Below are positions 55,982 to 59,565 of a stretch of 59,565 nucleotides of DNA, piece by piece (the stretch's first letter is position 1; every line of letters begins with the position of its first letter). The notes under the pieces are model-generated. The model saw only the letters and a list, made by a program, of their open reading frames with translations, had not been told where the DNA came from and did not search any database. A program made the translations under genes and the position numbers. Origin of the DNA: Chloroherpeton thalassium (GTDB lineage Bacteria; Bacteroidota; Ignavibacteria; Kapaibacteriales; UBA2268); assembly GCA_020722095.1 (NCBI GenBank), contig DYLM01000005.1:1-59565 (forward strand), in the 5' to 3' direction.

Positions 55982-56633
55982 TTTTCCCTACTAAGGCAAA
56001 ATACCATCTTCTTCCTACAATTGATATTTCTGGATGTCCAATTATTTTCACCAAATCGGCAAAGTATTTAGTAGTGGCGTATTCCTGTACGTGACATGAA
56101 AGCTTTCTTAATCCCATAGGTACACTTATTAAAGCAATTCCATTGCTTTTAAGCAGCTCCTTAATCTGAATAAGAATATTCTCATTACTAATACAATGTT
56201 CCATTGTCTCTAAACACAATATTATATCAAATTCACTACTAAATTTGCTGTTTATTCTAATATTACCAGCGAAATAGTCATTCAAATCTTGATTAAAAAA
56301 TTCCCAATCAGGGAAATCATTTAATCCGATAGTTAATGCTTGATTTGAATGATCTATGCCTGTATAAGTATATTTTTTGGGCATTCCAAAACCTTCTGTA
56401 TTCACAATATCGGATTCTTTGTAATATTCCTTTAATAACCAAGGAATAACTGGTAATCCACATCCCAATTCCAGAATATTAACAGTATCCCAACTATCAT
56501 CAATTCTCCTGGCAATAATTTTTAATGCTTTATCCCAAAGAATCTTCTGTGCAGATGTTCTGTACATTGTTTCATAATTTTTATTGGAATATCTTTTATC
56601 CCAATATTCTGGAGTATTAATATTTTTTATCAT
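55974..56633 (-). CDS. SAM-dependent methyltransferase
   Basis: Motif I is ILELGCGLPVIP. It overlaps the downstream deacetylase gene by 8 nt. Confidence 0.6.
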   Translation of the reverse strand: MIKNINTPEYWDKRYSNKNYETMYRTSAQKILWDKALKIIARRIDDSWDTVNILELGCGLPVIPWLLKEYYKESDIVNTEGFGMPKKYTYTGIDHSNQALTIGLNDFPDWEFFNQDLNDYFAGNIRINSKFSSEFDIILCLETMEHCISNENILIQIKELLKSNGIALISVPMGLRKLSCHVQEYATTKYFADLVKIIGHPEISIVGRRWYFALVGKNG

Positions 56634-56665
56634 TAATGTATTATTCCCTTCACATTGAACTTATT

Positions 56666-57094
56666 TTATTCGATCCACTCTTCTGTGTGGAACATACTTG
56701 CTATTGTATTTACATATCCAATACTTATTGCAACAATAATTATTTTTATTATTATACTTTCTATAATTGTGTTTGGATAAATAAAAAGCAAAATATCAAT
56801 TGGCAAAATTCCTAATAGACAATCTAACCAACTGGCTCCTCTTATATCCAAGAATCCAATTCCATAACCATAATCTGCAATCTCTCCATTAATAAAATCA
56901 GAATAATACAATTCATCTAAAATTTCCCAAAGAAATGGAAGAGATACAAATATGATAGTAATAAGGTAAGCCCAAATTGTAGAAAACTCATCAAATACAG
57001 AAAGAGTAATCAACCACAAAGACACCGGAAGAATTAAATGTGCTAAACTCCAAGCATCTATCTGTGCTTCAATTATTTCTATTAATCTGTCCAT
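56666..57094 (-). CDS. Multi-pass membrane protein
   Basis: It has four hydrophobic segments. The preferred start is ATG at 57094 (MDRLIEII) after AAGGAG, rather than the track start at 57184. Confidence 0.45.
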   Translation of the reverse strand: MDRLIEIIEAQIDAWSLAHLILPVSLWLITLSVFDEFSTIWAYLITIIFVSLPFLWEILDELYYSDFINGEIADYGYGIGFLDIRGASWLDCLLGILPIDILLFIYPNTIIESIIIKIIIVAISIGYVNTIASMFHTEEWIE

Positions 57095-57113
57095 AACAAT
57101 CACTCTCCTTAAT

Positions 57114-57141
57114 ATTGTATTTTTAGTTCGGAATTTGACAA
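57114..57141 (-). promoter_or_regulatory. Candidate sigma70-type promoter TTGTCA-16 nt-TACAAT
   Basis: The minus strand reads TTGTCAAATTCCGAACTAAAAATACAAT, just upstream of the AAGGAG RBS of the 56666..57094 gene. Confidence 0.35.
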
Positions 57142-57198
57142 AAACGAAAATTTGGATAAAAAAAAGATTTAAAATCCAAATCATTTTTAAATTCTTTA

Positions 57199-57468
57199 TT
57201 ATTTTACAATATTAAATAATTTTGTCATGTCTATATAAGAACCAACAAACCCTATGTTTCCATAAGATTCTTGGATTATTTTATCCCACTCTTTTTCTGT
57301 ATGTCCAAACATATGATGTGGATAATTAATATCGTTGATTACTATCCACATTTCATTTTCATGGATTCCATTAACTCTGGCAACATCATATTCCCCTGCA
57401 TATATTGTACGTTTTTCTTTACTATTCACATGAATTAAATCAATAGCCACTCTTGTCACCAGTTTCAT
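57199..57468 (-). CDS. Small hypothetical protein
   Basis: This is an 89-aa ORF with an AAGGAGG RBS. Confidence 0.4.
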   Translation of the reverse strand: MKLVTRVAIDLIHVNSKEKRTIYAGEYDVARVNGIHENEMWIVINDINYPHHMFGHTEKEWDKIIQESYGNIGFVGSYIDMTKLFNIVK

Positions 57469-57515
57469 TTGCCCTCCTTTCTCAATAAAATTTAATTTAG
57501 AAATTTAAAAAAATA

Positions 57516-58148
57516 TTATTTCTTTTCATGATTTCTCCTTTTTGGTTGGTTAATTTTTATCCAATAATTAGCTACCAATTTTAGGAATAATAAAGATGTA
57601 ATAGGAAGCATGCTGCCCATTATCCAAGAAATTAATATCCCATCAGTAGAAATACCAAATAATTTTGCTGCCACTTCCATAGATGTATAATTAAGATGAT
57701 TGAATGTACTATAAACATTGCCTATAATTTGCATTATTGTCAATGCAATAATCACAAGCACAATAGAACCTCTTGTTATAAAAGTGAAGATATTAAATTG
57801 TGGCAAACTTAAAAGAGTGCCAATTGTCAAAATTTCATAGCTAATAGCCAATGCTATACTTAGCGATACTGGATTTCCAATTGAAAACCATTCTACTAAA
57901 TGCAGCATACTCACTAAACTAATAATAATAGGAGCAATTAATAATAATGTAAGAGTAAACAATCGCCATTTTTTAGCATTATATGCTTTTCTTTTTATAT
58001 GCAATGGATAAAATTTAGGAACAGAAATTTTTTCTTCAGATGTATCAATTTCTTTTGATTCTTTTGATTGCTGCTCCACATTATGCTCCTTTAATATTCC
58101 ATCTACATTTTGTATTTCTTCGTGATATTCAGTTTTAAATATTTCCAT
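57516..58148 (-). CDS. Multi-pass membrane protein with an acidic N-terminal cytoplasmic region
   Basis: It has 4-5 hydrophobic segments after residue ~60. Confidence 0.45.
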   Translation of the reverse strand: MEIFKTEYHEEIQNVDGILKEHNVEQQSKESKEIDTSEEKISVPKFYPLHIKRKAYNAKKWRLFTLTLLLIAPIIISLVSMLHLVEWFSIGNPVSLSIALAISYEILTIGTLLSLPQFNIFTFITRGSIVLVIIALTIMQIIGNVYSTFNHLNYTSMEVAAKLFGISTDGILISWIMGSMLPITSLLFLKLVANYWIKINQPKRRNHEKK

Positions 58149-58169
58149 ATGAATTATCTTCCATTTAAA

Positions 58170-58622
58170 TTATTCATTCTTTTTTTTCAGTCCAAGTTCT
58201 TGTTTTATTATTTTGGCAAAAAAATCCTCTTTTCCTGATGAGGTTTTATCTTCAAGAAAAAATATAGGATTTCCTTTAATCTCCCATGATTTTCTAATCA
58301 ATTCTCTAAAATCACTAATTGCTTCCTCAATTTCATAATATTCTTCTTTACTAATTGCAAGCCATTTTTTATTCCTCCATGTTTGTGATTCTGGTCTATC
58401 TGACAAATCAATAATTTTTTTCTCTCTAAGTCCTTCCACAATAACAATGCCATCAAATTCACACTTACTTATTGACTTTAGTTTACAATAACATTTTTTC
58501 AATTTATCCAGAGCAGAAGATTGTTTGGCTTTGTCATCCATCAAATTTGTCATCTCTTTAGCCCACATAGTGGTGTGTTGTTCATTTCCCTCCACAACCG
58601 TTTTCTTGTCATCCATAACCAT
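58170..58622 (-). CDS. Hypothetical protein (first gene after the control region)
   Basis: This is a 150-aa ORF with no motif recognised. Confidence 0.4.
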   Translation of the reverse strand: MVMDDKKTVVEGNEQHTTMWAKEMTNLMDDKAKQSSALDKLKKCYCKLKSISKCEFDGIVIVEGLREKKIIDLSDRPESQTWRNKKWLAISKEEYYEIEEAISDFRELIRKSWEIKGNPIFFLEDKTSSGKEDFFAKIIKQELGLKKKNE

Positions 58623-59048
58623 TCCTTTAAAAAAGTTAAAATCATTAAAAAGCTATTAAGAGAATTAATTAAAAATCATCCAATATGATTAAAATATAAA
58701 TCGAGAAAATAATAAGAAAAATTTTTCAAATAAGGAAGAAAAAAAAATCATATATCAGAAGAAAATTTTTAAGAGATAAAAGAGATTTTTTTATGGCATA
58801 TTGGTGAAGAAAGAGAATAAAAAAAATAAAGAGAGAATAAATAAAAAATAGAATAATAGTTTCATTTAAAATTTGTTTAATTGGTAAAAATAAAATTGAT
58901 AAGAAAGGAAAATAGTAGAGTTTTTAATGTTATACTAATGTTATACCAAGTTCGATTTTTATATTATATTCGAGACTGTGTAGGATTGTATAAGTAAGAT
59001 CACATAAGACTATACTAAAAAAAAGACTATATAGAATTGTGCTTCAAT

Positions 59049-59192
59049 TTTACTTTGATTCTGATTGGTGGAGATAAAATTGGTGGAAAATTGACATTTA
59101 CTTTGATTCTGATTGGTGGAGATAAAATTGGTGGAAAATTGACATTTACTTTGATTCTGATTGGTGGAGATAAAATTGGTGGAAAATTGACA
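59049..59192. repeat. Three perfect 48-bp tandem repeats, each with two ATTGGTGGA boxes (iteron array)
   Basis: Units 59049-59096, 59097-59144 and 59145-59192 are identical, giving six ATTGGTGGA copies in total. The ORFs the track lists here are repeat artefacts. Confidence 0.9.
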
Positions 59193-59526
59193 CGGTGTGT
59201 AAGTGGGATCCCTGCCACAATGGACACACCCCAATAGACACAAAACAACCCACCCCCCATATTAACACACCCCAGCAATAACACAAGTTATGACAATCCA
59301 CAGAGAACTTACTTTAGCCTTATTATACTATGCGTAGTGTGGATTGGCCCTTAGTTTTTTAACTGTGTATATTATAGTGTGGAAGACAATAGTATAGAAT
59401 AGAATAGTATAGTATAGAATAGAATAGAGGACAATAGAATAGAATATAGAGAATAATAGTATAGTATATAGTATTGTGTATAAGTATAGAGTATTGTGTA
59501 GTATAACTAATGTGTAGTGTGTGTGT

Positions 59527-59565
59527 TTAGTATTGTGTAATTAGTATTGTGTAATTAGTATTGTG
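59527..59565. repeat. 14-bp tandem repeat TTAGTATTGTGTAA (2.8 copies) running off the window end
   Basis: Units are 59527-59540, 59541-59554 and a partial unit 59555-59565. They sit in a ~215-bp stretch almost devoid of C on the plus strand. Confidence 0.85.

Noticed and set aside
59049-59192. Possible CRISPR array
   Set aside because: The 48-bp units are directly abutting with no unique spacers, there are only three copies, and no cas genes are present. This is a tandem repeat or iteron array, not a CRISPR.
59010-59284. Three overlapping ORFs (both strands) across the 48-bp repeat array
   Set aside because: Their open frames come from perfectly repeated DNA with a period divisible by 3. 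They have no RBS, repetitive peptide sequences, and a non-coding context.
58623-59565. Prophage attachment site or integration module
   Set aside because: No integrase, excisionase or repressor genes could be recognised, and no flanking bacterial genes are present. The region fits better as a phage origin, terminus or promoter region.

Overview
The window reads as a near-complete, AT-rich (about 30% GC by eye) tailed dsDNA phage genome. Every credible gene is on the minus strand, and the plus-strand ORFs in the track are antisense shadows. In transcription order (high to low coordinates) it contains five parts. (1) A ~940-bp non-coding control region with iterons and strand-asymmetric microsatellites (58623-59565). 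(2) An early region (58622-51049) with membrane proteins, a four-gene sugar-tailoring cassette (methyltransferase, WbqC-like, PIG-L/LmbE deacetylase, methyltransferase), a caspase-like C14 protease and an SLT lytic transglycosylase. (3) An isolated gene flanked by long intergenic regions (50066-50542). (4) A long late operon (49683-7882). It starts with three signal-peptide proteins, then a large terminase, portal, ChaB-fused prohead protease, scaffold/decoration protein and HK97-fold capsid protein. Next comes a nine-gene glycan synthesis/transfer island, followed by connector and tail genes, G/GT chaperones with a -1 frameshift, a 1391-aa tape measure, a 1605-aa distal tail protein, and Kelch/BNR beta-propeller fibre proteins. 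(5) A replication/regulation module (7808-1) with an intein-containing SNF2 helicase, DnaB-like helicase, an ADP-ribosylglycohydrolase-like protein, DnaG-like primase, a sigma/HTH-like protein and a truncated poly-acidic protein. I could not recognise an integrase, repressor, DNA polymerase, tRNA or CRISPR array. The three most unusual items are the glycosylation island inside the head module (with its distant partner cassette), an intein whose endonuclease is encoded in a different reading frame from the intein while both frames stay open for ~600 nt, and the caspase-like and ADP-ribosylglycohydrolase-like accessory genes. All functional calls come from motif recognition by eye. No database search was run.
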